Source: an uncultured bacterium (lineage in GTDB: Bacteria > Oederibacteriota > PGYV01 > CAWJRG01). Taken from it: a stretch of 64,000 bases of DNA. This document shows, one piece after another, positions 41,191 through 50,352 of this stretch; positions within the stretch are counted from its first letter, which is position 1; each line of letters starts with the position of its first letter. The translations under genes and the position numbers were made by a program. Location of the stretch: positions 224,001 through 288,000 of the forward strand of contig CAWJRG010000009.1 of assembly GCA_963845185.1 (NCBI GenBank), written 5' to 3'. The notes below the pieces were generated by a model. It was not told the DNA's origin and searched no databases. It saw only the letters and a program-made list of their open reading frames with translations.

Positions 41191-41517
41191 ATGCAAGGTG
41201 GAATAAACGGAATAGAATCAATAACAGGCTCTATCGGCATTCCTGAAACAATATTACAGCCTACCGCTGATAAAGTACAGCCACAGCAGGCTGATAAAAT
41301 TGAATTTAAAAATTTAATGAGTATGGCAATGAATGCTCTAAACAATACGCAGGTTGATGCCGATGTTGCCATGCAGCAGCTTGCGGCAGGACAAAATATA
41401 GAACTGCATAATGTAATGCTTGCAGCAGAAAAAGCTTCTCTTACGTTGCAGCTTGCCTTGCAGGTAAAAAACAGAATTACAGAAGCTTATCAGCAATTAA
41501 TGAATATGCAAATCTAA
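41191..41517 (+). CDS. fliE: Flagellar hook-basal body protein FliE
   Basis: LHNVMLAAEKA...VKNRITEAYQQLMNMQI. Confidence 0.95.
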   Translation: MQGGINGIESITGSIGIPETILQPTADKVQPQQADKIEFKNLMSMAMNALNNTQVDADVAMQQLAAGQNIELHNVMLAAEKASLTLQLALQVKNRITEAYQQLMNMQI

Positions 41518-41543
41518 AACTTAAAAAATAGCGAGGTGTAGGG

Positions 41544-43154
41544 GTGAACGAATTTTTGCTGAGAATGTGGGAACGGCTTAGGACGTTCTGGTCAGGATTA
41601 AACAATAGCCAAAAAACTATCTGGGTGGCCGTACCGGCACTGGTGCTCTTGGGATTAATAGTATTAGGAGTATGGAGTTCCCAACCAAACTATTCGCCTT
41701 TATATTCAAATTTAAGCAGTGAAGACGCGGGTGTAATATTAAATGATTTGAAAGATAAAAAAATACCTTATAAGGTTACAAACGACGGCAAGGCAATACT
41801 TGTACCTTCAAAATATGTTTATGATACAAGACTTGATCTTGCGGCAAAAGGGCTTCCTAAAGGTGGGACGGTAGGTTTTGAAATTTTCGACAAGACTAAT
41901 CTGGGAGTGACAGACTTCACCCAGAGGGTTAATTATGTAAGGGCGCTTGAAGGCGAATTGAACAGGACTATTTCCAACCTTGATGTAATTGACGAAACAA
42001 GGGTTCATATAGTATTGCCGGAAAAGGAATTATATGAAGAAAAAGAGAAAGAACCTACTGCATCAGTACTTGTAAAATTAAAAGAAGGAATGAAACTTGA
42101 TTTTGGACAAACAAAAGCAATAGTACATCTCGTTTCTTCAAGTGTTGAAGGTCTTAAGCCGATAAATGTAACGATAGTCGATACCAAAGGGGAAGTTTTA
42201 AGTGATCTTATCAGGGACGACCTTCTTGATGAGGACGGGGCAAGCTATTCTTTGTCAAAACAGATTAAACTTACGGATCAGCAGATTTCACTCCAGAAAA
42301 ACATGGAGAAGGATATCCAGGCGCGTGTTGAGTCAATGCTTGTTACCGTGCTTGGCGAGCGCAGGGCAACCGTACGAGTTAAGGCTGAACTTGATTTTAA
42401 CCAGGTTGAGAAAAAAGACGAAGTATATGAGCCGGTAGTTGGAGGAAAGGGGATATTACGCAGCGAGCAGAAAAAATTAGAGAGTTACACAGGGGTTGGG
42501 GTTTATCCGGGCGGGGTGCCGGGCACGGATTCAAACATACCAGGATATAAGTCTGTAGTAAGCGGTAATTCGCAGTATACAAAAGCAGAAAGTACTGATA
42601 ACTATGAAATAACAAAAAAAGAGAATCATACAATTGAAGCGGTTGGAGCGATTAAAAGGCTGTCGGTCGCGGTTATAGTCGACAATCTTCAGCCACAGCA
42701 GGTACAGTCTATTAAAAACGCGGTGATTGCGGCAGCTGGGCTTGACTTGGGGCGTGGGGACCAGGTAGCTGTCGAAAATATATCTTTTGACAGAACAATC
42801 GAAAAGGCAGAACTGTTCCAGACTCAGGTTATGGCAAGAGAAAAATATATGACTACTCTTTTAAGCCTTGGCATAGTACTTGGCATACTTCTTTTTGCTT
42901 TACTTTTCCTCAGGGCGACCCTCAAGCCAAAGGCGATAAGGGAAAAACTTAGGAGGCAGATAGAGCGAGCAGCAAAAGAAGTAAAAGAAGAAGAGGAAGT
43001 CGAGGTGCCATTGGAAGCTGTTCCTTCGGCAGCGGAGCTTGCTGAAGCCCAAAAACGAGCTGAAATGAGAAGACAGGTAACAAAAATTGCCAGAGAAAAT
43101 CCAAAAGTTATTATACAATTGATTAAACGCTGGTTGACAGAAGAAAAGAGGTGA
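41544..43154 (+). CDS. fliF: Flagellar MS-ring protein FliF
   Basis: GFEIFD, RALEGELNRTI, ASV and GVPGTDSN motifs; two TM segments. Confidence 0.95.
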   Translation: MNEFLLRMWERLRTFWSGLNNSQKTIWVAVPALVLLGLIVLGVWSSQPNYSPLYSNLSSEDAGVILNDLKDKKIPYKVTNDGKAILVPSKYVYDTRLDLAAKGLPKGGTVGFEIFDKTNLGVTDFTQRVNYVRALEGELNRTISNLDVIDETRVHIVLPEKELYEEKEKEPTASVLVKLKEGMKLDFGQTKAIVHLVSSSVEGLKPINVTIVDTKGEVLSDLIRDDLLDEDGASYSLSKQIKLTDQQISLQKNMEKDIQARVESMLVTVLGERRATVRVKAELDFNQVEKKDEVYEPVVGGKGILRSEQKKLESYTGVGVYPGGVPGTDSNIPGYKSVVSGNSQYTKAESTDNYEITKKENHTIEAVGAIKRLSVAVIVDNLQPQQVQSIKNAVIAAAGLDLGRGDQVAVENISFDRTIEKAELFQTQVMAREKYMTTLLSLGIVLGILLFALLFLRATLKPKAIREKLRRQIERAAKEVKEEEEVEVPLEAVPSAAELAEAQKRAEMRRQVTKIARENPKVIIQLIKRWLTEEKR

Positions 43155-43161
43155 GAATATA

Positions 43162-44160
43162 ATGCCACTATCAGGTGAACAAAAAGCAGCAATACTTTTA
43201 ATAACATTAGGACCGGACCTTTCATCAGAAATATTTAAAAATTTGAGTGATGAGATGGTTGAGCAGTTGACACTGCAAATCGCAAACACTAAGAAAGTTC
43301 AGCCCCCGGACAGAGATCAAGTACTTGAGGAAAGTTATCAGCTTGCGCTCGCTGAGGAATATATATCACAAGGCGGTATTGATTATGCAAGAGAGCTTCT
43401 TGAAAAAGCTCTCGGTGAGCAGAAAGCTGTTGAAATATTAAATAGATTGCAGGGCGCATTGCAAATGACGCCTTTTGATTTTATAAAAAGAACGGATCCG
43501 CAGCAGATACTAAATTTTATTCAGAATGAGCATCCGCAGACAATAGCGCTTGTTTTAGCGCATCTAACCGCTGACCATTCGTCCACAATATTATCATCCC
43601 TGCCGCCGGAAGTACAGGTTGATGTTGCCACACGAGTCGCAACAATGGACAGGGCAACGCCTGAGGTAATAATGGAAGTTGAGAAAGTGCTTGAAAGGAG
43701 AATAGCTTCCGTGTTCACCCAGGAATTTGCTTCAGCCGGTGGAGTCAGGGCTATTGCCGAAATATTAAACAGGGTCGACAGGTCAACGGAAAAAGCCATT
43801 ATGGAAAAACTTGAGGAACAGAACCCGGACCTTGCTGATGAAATAAAAAGATTGATGTTTGTGTTCGATGATATTTTGCTACTTGACGACAGGACTATAC
43901 AGCAGATACTGCGTGAAATAGACTCAAAAGACCTTGTTCTTGCGTTAAAGGGCGCTTCCGAAGAGTGCCGCAATAAAATACTAAAGAATATGTCAAGCAG
44001 AGCTCGACAGATGATACTTGAAGATATGGAAGTTATGGGACCGGTGAGACTGAAAACTACCGAAGAAGCTCAGCAGAAGATTGTTAATGTCATAAGGCAA
44101 CTTGAGGAAATGGGAGAAATTGTTGTAGCCCGCGGTGGGGAGGAAGAGATTTTTGTATAA
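43162..44160 (+). CDS. fliG: Flagellar motor switch protein FliG
   Basis: QKAAILL, GGIDYA, EHPQTIA and MFVFDD motifs. Confidence 0.97.
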   Translation: MPLSGEQKAAILLITLGPDLSSEIFKNLSDEMVEQLTLQIANTKKVQPPDRDQVLEESYQLALAEEYISQGGIDYARELLEKALGEQKAVEILNRLQGALQMTPFDFIKRTDPQQILNFIQNEHPQTIALVLAHLTADHSSTILSSLPPEVQVDVATRVATMDRATPEVIMEVEKVLERRIASVFTQEFASAGGVRAIAEILNRVDRSTEKAIMEKLEEQNPDLADEIKRLMFVFDDILLLDDRTIQQILREIDSKDLVLALKGASEECRNKILKNMSSRARQMILEDMEVMGPVRLKTTEEAQQKIVNVIRQLEEMGEIVVARGGEEEIFV

Positions 44161-44960
44161 AAATCTTTATAAACCTGAAGATTATAATATAAAAAATTCC
44201 CCGTACAAGTTACGGGGAGTTTTTCTTTCAAAACGTGATATCCTGAAAGAAGAAGTCAAAAAAAAAGCAGAGAATGTTGAAGAGAAGCTTGAACAGATTG
44301 AAGATACTATAAAAAAACTCGAGGCAGTTATTAAGGAAAAACAACAGGAGCTGAAGGCAACTGACGAAAAGTGTACGCAAATGCTAATAGATACTGAAGA
44401 AGAAATTAAACATAAAATTCAAACGGCAGAAAAAGGAATCGGAAAAATTAAAAGAAGAAAAGAGCAAGCAGGGCTATGAAGAAGGCTTTGGAAAAGGTTA
44501 TAATGAAGGGCTGGATAAAGCGAAAAATGAAGTTGAGCAAAAATATTCAAACCTTATTAATACTTTGACGGGCATAGTTGATTCCTCGCTGAAAGAAAAG
44601 CATAAAATAATTTCAAATACCGAAGAAGAAATAATAAATTTATCAATTGATATTTCAAAAAAGATAGTGCAGGAGGAGTTGAAAATAAATCGAGATGTAA
44701 TTATTAACCTTGTGAAAGAGGCAATAAAAAAACTTGAAGATAAAGAAAAAATAGTTATATATTGCAATCCCGACGATATAGAACTAATTAAGGGGCACAG
44801 GGAAGAGTTTATAAGGCTTGTTGATAATCCAGACATTCTACATATATTGCCTGATGATTTTATTGACAAGGGGGAATGTAGGCTGGAAACGAGAAATGAA
44901 ATTATCGATACGGATATTGCCTACCAGTTTGAGGAAATAAAGAAAAATCTTTCCAAATAA
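44135..44960 (+). pseudogene. fliH: FliH, split by an apparent 1-nt insertion in the A5 run at 44430-44434
   Basis: Removing one A joins ORF 44135 to AEKESEKLKEEKSKQGYEEGFGKGYNEG (GxxxG repeats) and to ORF 44565; lies between fliG and fliI. Confidence 0.88.
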
Positions 44961-44974
44961 AAGGATTTAATTAA

Positions 44975-46297
44975 ATGGGAATTGACCTGAAAAAATACCA
45001 CGACAAACTCAAAAAAATCGACACTCTAAAAAGTAACGGCAAAGTTACGCAGATTGTGGGGCTTGTTGTTGAAACTGCCGGATTAAAAGCTGCGATAGGC
45101 GAACTTTGTAAAATAATATCAAGGAACGAAGAATTAATTATTGACGCTGAAATAGTGGGTTTTAAAGAAGATAAGGCTTTACTTATGCCACTTGGCGATT
45201 TACACGGCATAGGTCCAGGAAGCAAGGTTTTATCAACAGGGCAGGAGTTCAAAGTTTCTGTTGGCGATAATCTACTTGGCAGGGTACTTGACGGGTTGGG
45301 TAAGCCTATTGACGACAGGGGATCGCTAAAAATCAGAGAATCCGTTGCGGTTTACAACAATCCTCCTGATCCTTTGACAAGAAAAAAAGTAGGTTTACCT
45401 GTAGCAACAGGTATAAGGTCAATAGACGGTTGCCTGACGGTAGGCAAAGGCCAGAGAATAGGCATATTTTCAGGAAGTGGAGTGGGCAAAAGTGTGGCGT
45501 TGGGCATGATAGCACGAAATACGAACGCAGATGTAAATGTTATTGCTCTTATAGGAGAACGCGGAAGAGAAGTCAGGGATTTTATTGAAAAGGACCTAAA
45601 AAAGGAAGGATTGAAAAGATCAGTTGTAGTTGCCGCCACATCCGATCAACCGGCACTTGTCAGAAGAATGGGTGCCTTTGTGGCAACTTCGATTGCAGAA
45701 TATTTTAGGAATAAAGGTTGCAATGTAATGCTAATGATGGATTCGGTAACCCGCTTTGCTATGGCACAAAGGGAAATAGGACTTGCGATAGGAGAGCCGC
45801 CTACAACAAAAGGATATACGCCTTCTGTGTTTGCCATTCTTCCAAGGCTGCTTGAGCGCGCTGGAACAACGCCAGGGGAAGGTACAATAACTGGCCTTTA
45901 TACCGTGTTAGTTGAGGCTGACGACTTGAATGAGCCAATATCAGATTCTGTGCGTGCTATACTTGACGGGCATATAGTATTATCCCGTGCGCTCGCCGCT
46001 CAAAATCATTACCCACCTGTAGACATACTGGACAGCGTATCTAGATGCATGATAGATATAACCGAAGCAAAACACAAACAAGCGGCAAACCGAATGAGGG
46101 AAGCGCTTGCAACTTATAAAAACGCAGAAGATCTTATCAATATAGGAGCATATGTAAAAGGGAGCAACCCTCAAATTGATTATTCTATAGAAAAAATTGT
46201 GGAAATAAAAAAGTTTTTAATACAAGGCATTGATGAAAAAACAGAATTTGAGGATACTGTAAATAAACTTGAAGATATTTTTAGAGACGGAAAGTAA
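44975..46297 (+). CDS. fliI: Flagellar export ATPase FliI
   Basis: GSGVGKS, LIGERGRE and DSVTRFAMAQRE motifs. Confidence 0.97.
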   Translation: MGIDLKKYHDKLKKIDTLKSNGKVTQIVGLVVETAGLKAAIGELCKIISRNEELIIDAEIVGFKEDKALLMPLGDLHGIGPGSKVLSTGQEFKVSVGDNLLGRVLDGLGKPIDDRGSLKIRESVAVYNNPPDPLTRKKVGLPVATGIRSIDGCLTVGKGQRIGIFSGSGVGKSVALGMIARNTNADVNVIALIGERGREVRDFIEKDLKKEGLKRSVVVAATSDQPALVRRMGAFVATSIAEYFRNKGCNVMLMMDSVTRFAMAQREIGLAIGEPPTTKGYTPSVFAILPRLLERAGTTPGEGTITGLYTVLVEADDLNEPISDSVRAILDGHIVLSRALAAQNHYPPVDILDSVSRCMIDITEAKHKQAANRMREALATYKNAEDLINIGAYVKGSNPQIDYSIEKIVEIKKFLIQGIDEKTEFEDTVNKLEDIFRDGK

Positions 46298-46300
46298 AAA

Positions 46301-46756
46301 ATGAAGAAATTTCAATTTAAATTTGAAACCGTCCTTAGGGTAAAAGGAAAAAAAGAAGAGGAGCTTAAAAAGGAATTGTTGAAATTAATAGCTTTGAAAA
46401 CCGAACAAGAGATGATGCTTAATAAAATTACCGCAGAAAGACAGAGGGCGGGGAAAGAAAAAGTTGAAAAAAACATGGAGACATCAAATATTCTAACTTT
46501 TATTTATTATGAAAATTATATCAATGCGCTAAGGGAGCAGATAAAGAACACTGAAAAAATGATTAAAGATTTTGAAAATCGCGCCGATGTTAAAAGAGTA
46601 GAAGTAATTGAGGCCAGTAAAGAAAAAAAGATATTTGAAAGGTTAAAAGACAAACATTATGAAAGTTTTAAAAAACTTGTCATACAAAATGAGCAGAAAG
46701 TGCTTGATGAAATAGCTATAGGCAAGTTCAATAGGAAAGAGCAAAGAAGCATATAA
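46301..46756 (+). CDS. fliJ: Flagellar export protein FliJ
   Basis: MKKFQFKFETVL...EQKVLDE coiled coil following fliI. Confidence 0.9.
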   Translation: MKKFQFKFETVLRVKGKKEEELKKELLKLIALKTEQEMMLNKITAERQRAGKEKVEKNMETSNILTFIYYENYINALREQIKNTEKMIKDFENRADVKRVEVIEASKEKKIFERLKDKHYESFKKLVIQNEQKVLDEIAIGKFNRKEQRSI

Positions 46757-46863
46757 ATAGTATAAAAATATGGAAATGGGCATTGAATATGCATGTTTTA
46801 ATATAGAAACAAAAGTCTAATAAAAGGAACGAATTAGCAGAATCAAAAAGGCTAAAAAAGTAC

Positions 46864-46892
46864 TTGACAAGTAAAGTTTAATTAAGTATAAT
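46864..46892 (+). promoter_or_regulatory. Perfect-consensus sigma70 promoter upstream of fliK
   Basis: TTGACA-17 nt-TATAAT. Confidence 0.8.
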
Positions 46893-47000
46893 TTTAATAG
46901 AAGTAAAGGTAAAGTAGGTTAGTGAGATTTGCCAGCAAAATATGCCCGGACCGCAAGGGGGGCAAGCTGGCGCCGAGTAAAGTGGAAGGAGGCGAGTTTT

Positions 47001-49337
47001 GTGGATATTGTAAGTGCTGCCGGCGCGGTTAATAATAATATTTTATTATTAATTCAAAATAATACGTTTATAAAAAACTCACAATTACCTTCCAATTTTA
47101 AAGAAATTATTTCTTGTTTATTCAATGAAAATCAAGGTTCAACAACAGATAAAGTAATTTTGGGGAATCAGATAATAAACAACGACAAATTAAAAGATGC
47201 TGTTTATAAAACAACAGCATTTTTTTATTTAATGGGGAATATAGGAAATATTGCCAGTCAAAATATTGCAAGTCTTGAGAATAACACAACAATTCAGGGC
47301 ATCGCTGATAGTTATGGTTTTACTCCAAACGAAAGATCAATTTTTGTGAATGGCCTTAAGACAGCAGCAATGGAAATAGCAACAAATAACACCGGATCGG
47401 ATGTTCAAACTGAAAATCAAGTTATCTCCGGCGCTATACAAAATATAAAAAACAGCATGGTTGTGAATTCGTCTTCTGTTCCAAATACACAGACTGCAAT
47501 TGCTAATGGGCAAAACGCGAACATTGCCGCAGGCACCCAACAAGAGATAAAAAGTCAAAATATAATTTCGGGGTTGAAAGATTTAAGCGCTTCATTGGGG
47601 AAAACGGCAGAAATTATTACAAAGTCAGGTAATATAGATAAAGATCAGATGCAAAAAATAAATATTGGGCTTGCTGACTTAGAAGATAAAATAAACAATG
47701 TTGTTTCAAAAGATTTAAATACTAATACAAACAATCAAATCAAGGAAGTTCAAAATACCGTAAAAAATATTATGGCCTCAATAAACACAACAAAAATTTC
47801 TTCCAATGTGCCAGTATCAAATGCTGTTGATGCAGATGGAGACTTAAATAATATAGTTGCAGTTCAGCCGAAAGCCGTTCCTGCGGTTTTATCTGTATCA
47901 AATAATGTTGCTGCCGATGGGGACGTAAATAATAAGACAACTGTGGCACAGCAAAAAGTTGTGCCTGCAGTTTTAACCGTATCAAACACTGTTTCTGCTG
48001 ATGAGGTAGTAAATAATAAGACGGTTGTGGCACAGCCAAAAGCCATGCCTGTAGTTTTAAATATTCCAAATAATGTTGTTATTGATGGAGATGTAAATAA
48101 CAACACAGATGCAACACAACCAAAAACCATGCCTACAATTTCAGGGGCATTAAATACTGTTGCTGCAGATGGGAACGTTAATGACAAGACAATTATAGTA
48201 CTATCCAATGTTACGCCTCCAGTTTTTACTACATCGAAAATTCCTTCTGCTAAAGAAGACAATATCATTAATGTTATTAAATCTGATGCGGGTTCGTCGG
48301 ATACGACAAATGATAACAATAATGTTTATAACCAGGAAAAAGGCGACAACAATGATTTGATAAATAAAATTTCCACGCTACTTGACAAATTAAACGGAAA
48401 AATAGAAATTGTGAGCAAACCAGGATATGTATTTACCGCAAAACTGGGAACGCTAGAAAATACGCAAAAGACAAATTTTGATGCACAAACACTTGCAAAC
48501 AATAATCAAGGAACTATTAATAATATAAAAAATACAATTAAGGAAGGGCAAGCAGAAACATTGCAGATTGATAATATAAAAGAGGAAGGCGCAGTTCTTC
48601 CTCAAATAGCTATTAATACTTCCGTTAATCTAAAGGCAACTACTGTAGAAGAATCGCAAGTGAAGACAAATGCGGCAGGTAGCCTTGATTATAATAAAGA
48701 AAATTTTGGCGATAATACAGGGAATAAAGTAAATGTTGTGGCAAAGGAACTGCTTGGTAAAAATGAAGATTACAAATATAATATTGAAAATAAATCCAGC
48801 AATGACATGAACTGGGTATTAAGCAATGTTGCAGCAATTGCGCAGAACACAACAATGACGCAGAATACAGAGCAGATTTTCCCGTCTGTTGCTGATTTTG
48901 CCGTAGATACCAAAAAAGATATAATAATAAAGCAGATTGTTGACGGCATCAATAATGTTAAGGACAGTATGCAGTTTGTGCCAAAAACCGAAATTAAAAT
49001 GGTTTTGAGACCGGAAAATCTTGGGCCGGTTATTGTAAGTATGGAACATAAAAACGGTATTTTGAAGGGTACAATACAGGTTGCGGATTCAGGAGTCAGA
49101 AATGTTCTGAAGGCAAATCTGGCTGACCTTAAGGGAGCTTTAAACAATATCGGGGTTCATACTCAGGATATAGACGTAGCTTTAAATCAAAATCTAAATA
49201 ATGGTTCACAATTTGAACAGGGCCAGAGCTATTATAAGGAATGGGAAGGCGCGGCTTTAAATAACAATAAAACAAACATTCCCATAGAGACTGCTATACC
49301 TTATTTTTGGGGCAGCAGCCTTAACTACTTGGCTTAA
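47001..49337 (+). CDS. fliK: Flagellar hook-length control protein FliK
   Basis: C-terminal LRPENLGPV...LADLKGALNNIG domain and LNYLA end; GTG at 47001 after AAGGAGG (track start 46929). Confidence 0.88.
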   Translation: MDIVSAAGAVNNNILLLIQNNTFIKNSQLPSNFKEIISCLFNENQGSTTDKVILGNQIINNDKLKDAVYKTTAFFYLMGNIGNIASQNIASLENNTTIQGIADSYGFTPNERSIFVNGLKTAAMEIATNNTGSDVQTENQVISGAIQNIKNSMVVNSSSVPNTQTAIANGQNANIAAGTQQEIKSQNIISGLKDLSASLGKTAEIITKSGNIDKDQMQKINIGLADLEDKINNVVSKDLNTNTNNQIKEVQNTVKNIMASINTTKISSNVPVSNAVDADGDLNNIVAVQPKAVPAVLSVSNNVAADGDVNNKTTVAQQKVVPAVLTVSNTVSADEVVNNKTVVAQPKAMPVVLNIPNNVVIDGDVNNNTDATQPKTMPTISGALNTVAADGNVNDKTIIVLSNVTPPVFTTSKIPSAKEDNIINVIKSDAGSSDTTNDNNNVYNQEKGDNNDLINKISTLLDKLNGKIEIVSKPGYVFTAKLGTLENTQKTNFDAQTLANNNQGTINNIKNTIKEGQAETLQIDNIKEEGAVLPQIAINTSVNLKATTVEESQVKTNAAGSLDYNKENFGDNTGNKVNVVAKELLGKNEDYKYNIENKSSNDMNWVLSNVAAIAQNTTMTQNTEQIFPSVADFAVDTKKDIIIKQIVDGINNVKDSMQFVPKTEIKMVLRPENLGPVIVSMEHKNGILKGTIQVADSGVRNVLKANLADLKGALNNIGVHTQDIDVALNQNLNNGSQFEQGQSYYKEWEGAALNNNKTNIPIETAIPYFWGSSLNYLA
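47814..48200 (+). repeat. About 5 intragenic 81-84 bp repeats in fliK
   Basis: Units start at 47814, 47895, 47979, 48063 and 48147 (VSNNVAADGDVNNKT.VAQPK..PAVL). Confidence 0.85.
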
Positions 49338-49360
49338 AAAAGAAAGGAGGTGAGTAAATT

Positions 49361-49831
49361 ATGTCAACTTCAGGCGTATCAGGTGCCAGCAATGGGTTTA
49401 CCTACAGCAACGCGTTTACATCTACGGTAAACAACCCAAATGGCGTGTTAAATGAAAGCTCTTTTTTACAGATGCTTTTGACCCAGCTCAAGGATCAGGA
49501 TCCCCTTGATGTACAGGATAGCAGCCAGTTTGCGAGCGACTTAGCGCAGTATTCTTCGCTTGCCGGGATAGACTCCCTTAATTCAACGACGTCCACGGAT
49601 ATGTCATCGATGAATGATACTATGACGGCGCTGTTGCTTATGGAAAACACGACGCAGGCAGCTTCTCTTATCGGCAAGACGGTCACTATCTCGATCAAGG
49701 ATTCGAGTGGGAACCAGACAGGCACGGTATCAGGGGCAGTAACTTCGGTTAAGTTTGAAAACGGCCAGCCGGAGATCATTGTTAACGGCACAGAGTATGG
49801 AATAGCAAGTGTAACAGAAATTTCGTCCTAA
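49361..49831 (+). CDS. flgD: Flagellar hook capping protein FlgD
   Basis: FLQMLLTQLKDQDPL and AASLIGKTV motifs. Confidence 0.93.
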   Translation: MSTSGVSGASNGFTYSNAFTSTVNNPNGVLNESSFLQMLLTQLKDQDPLDVQDSSQFASDLAQYSSLAGIDSLNSTTSTDMSSMNDTMTALLLMENTTQAASLIGKTVTISIKDSSGNQTGTVSGAVTSVKFENGQPEIIVNGTEYGIASVTEISS

Positions 49832-49847
49832 AGGTGGTGATTCTTTT

Positions 49848-50249
49848 ATGACGCTTGATAAAATTAACACACAGTTACAAAATCTTTCACAGATACAGGA
49901 AGCGCAGAGAAAACAGCAGCAGAATGCTGCAAACACGGCGGACATAGAAGCACCATCCTTTAAGGACGTACTGAAACAGCAGTTGTCGGACAAGGGAGAA
50001 ATAAAGTTTTCCGCGCACGCAGAGAAAAGGCTGCAGTCAAGGAACATTCCGATCACGCCGGAACTGATGCAGCGGCTGCAGGATGCGGTAAGCAAGGTAA
50101 GGGAAAAAGGCGGCAAGGAAAGCCTGCTTGTTTTTGACAAGTTCTCGCTTATCGTAAGCGTGAAGAACAATACGGTTATCACCGCTATTGACAATGAAGG
50201 GATGAAAGACAATGTTTTTACGAATATTGACAGCGCTGCTTTCGCGTAA
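49848..50249 (+). CDS. Flagellar operon protein (TIGR02530 family)
   Basis: FSAHAEKRLQSRNI, KGGKESL and NVFTNIDSA; between flgD and flgE. Confidence 0.9.
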   Translation: MTLDKINTQLQNLSQIQEAQRKQQQNAANTADIEAPSFKDVLKQQLSDKGEIKFSAHAEKRLQSRNIPITPELMQRLQDAVSKVREKGGKESLLVFDKFSLIVSVKNNTVITAIDNEGMKDNVFTNIDSAAFA

Positions 50250-50352
50250 TGTCAATCAAAAGAGGCTGGACTTCTTTGGCCGCAGGGCTGAAGAAGGAGC
50301 CTCCAGAACCGCGTTGAATATGCGGTTAACAAAATAAGGAGGTACACGTACC

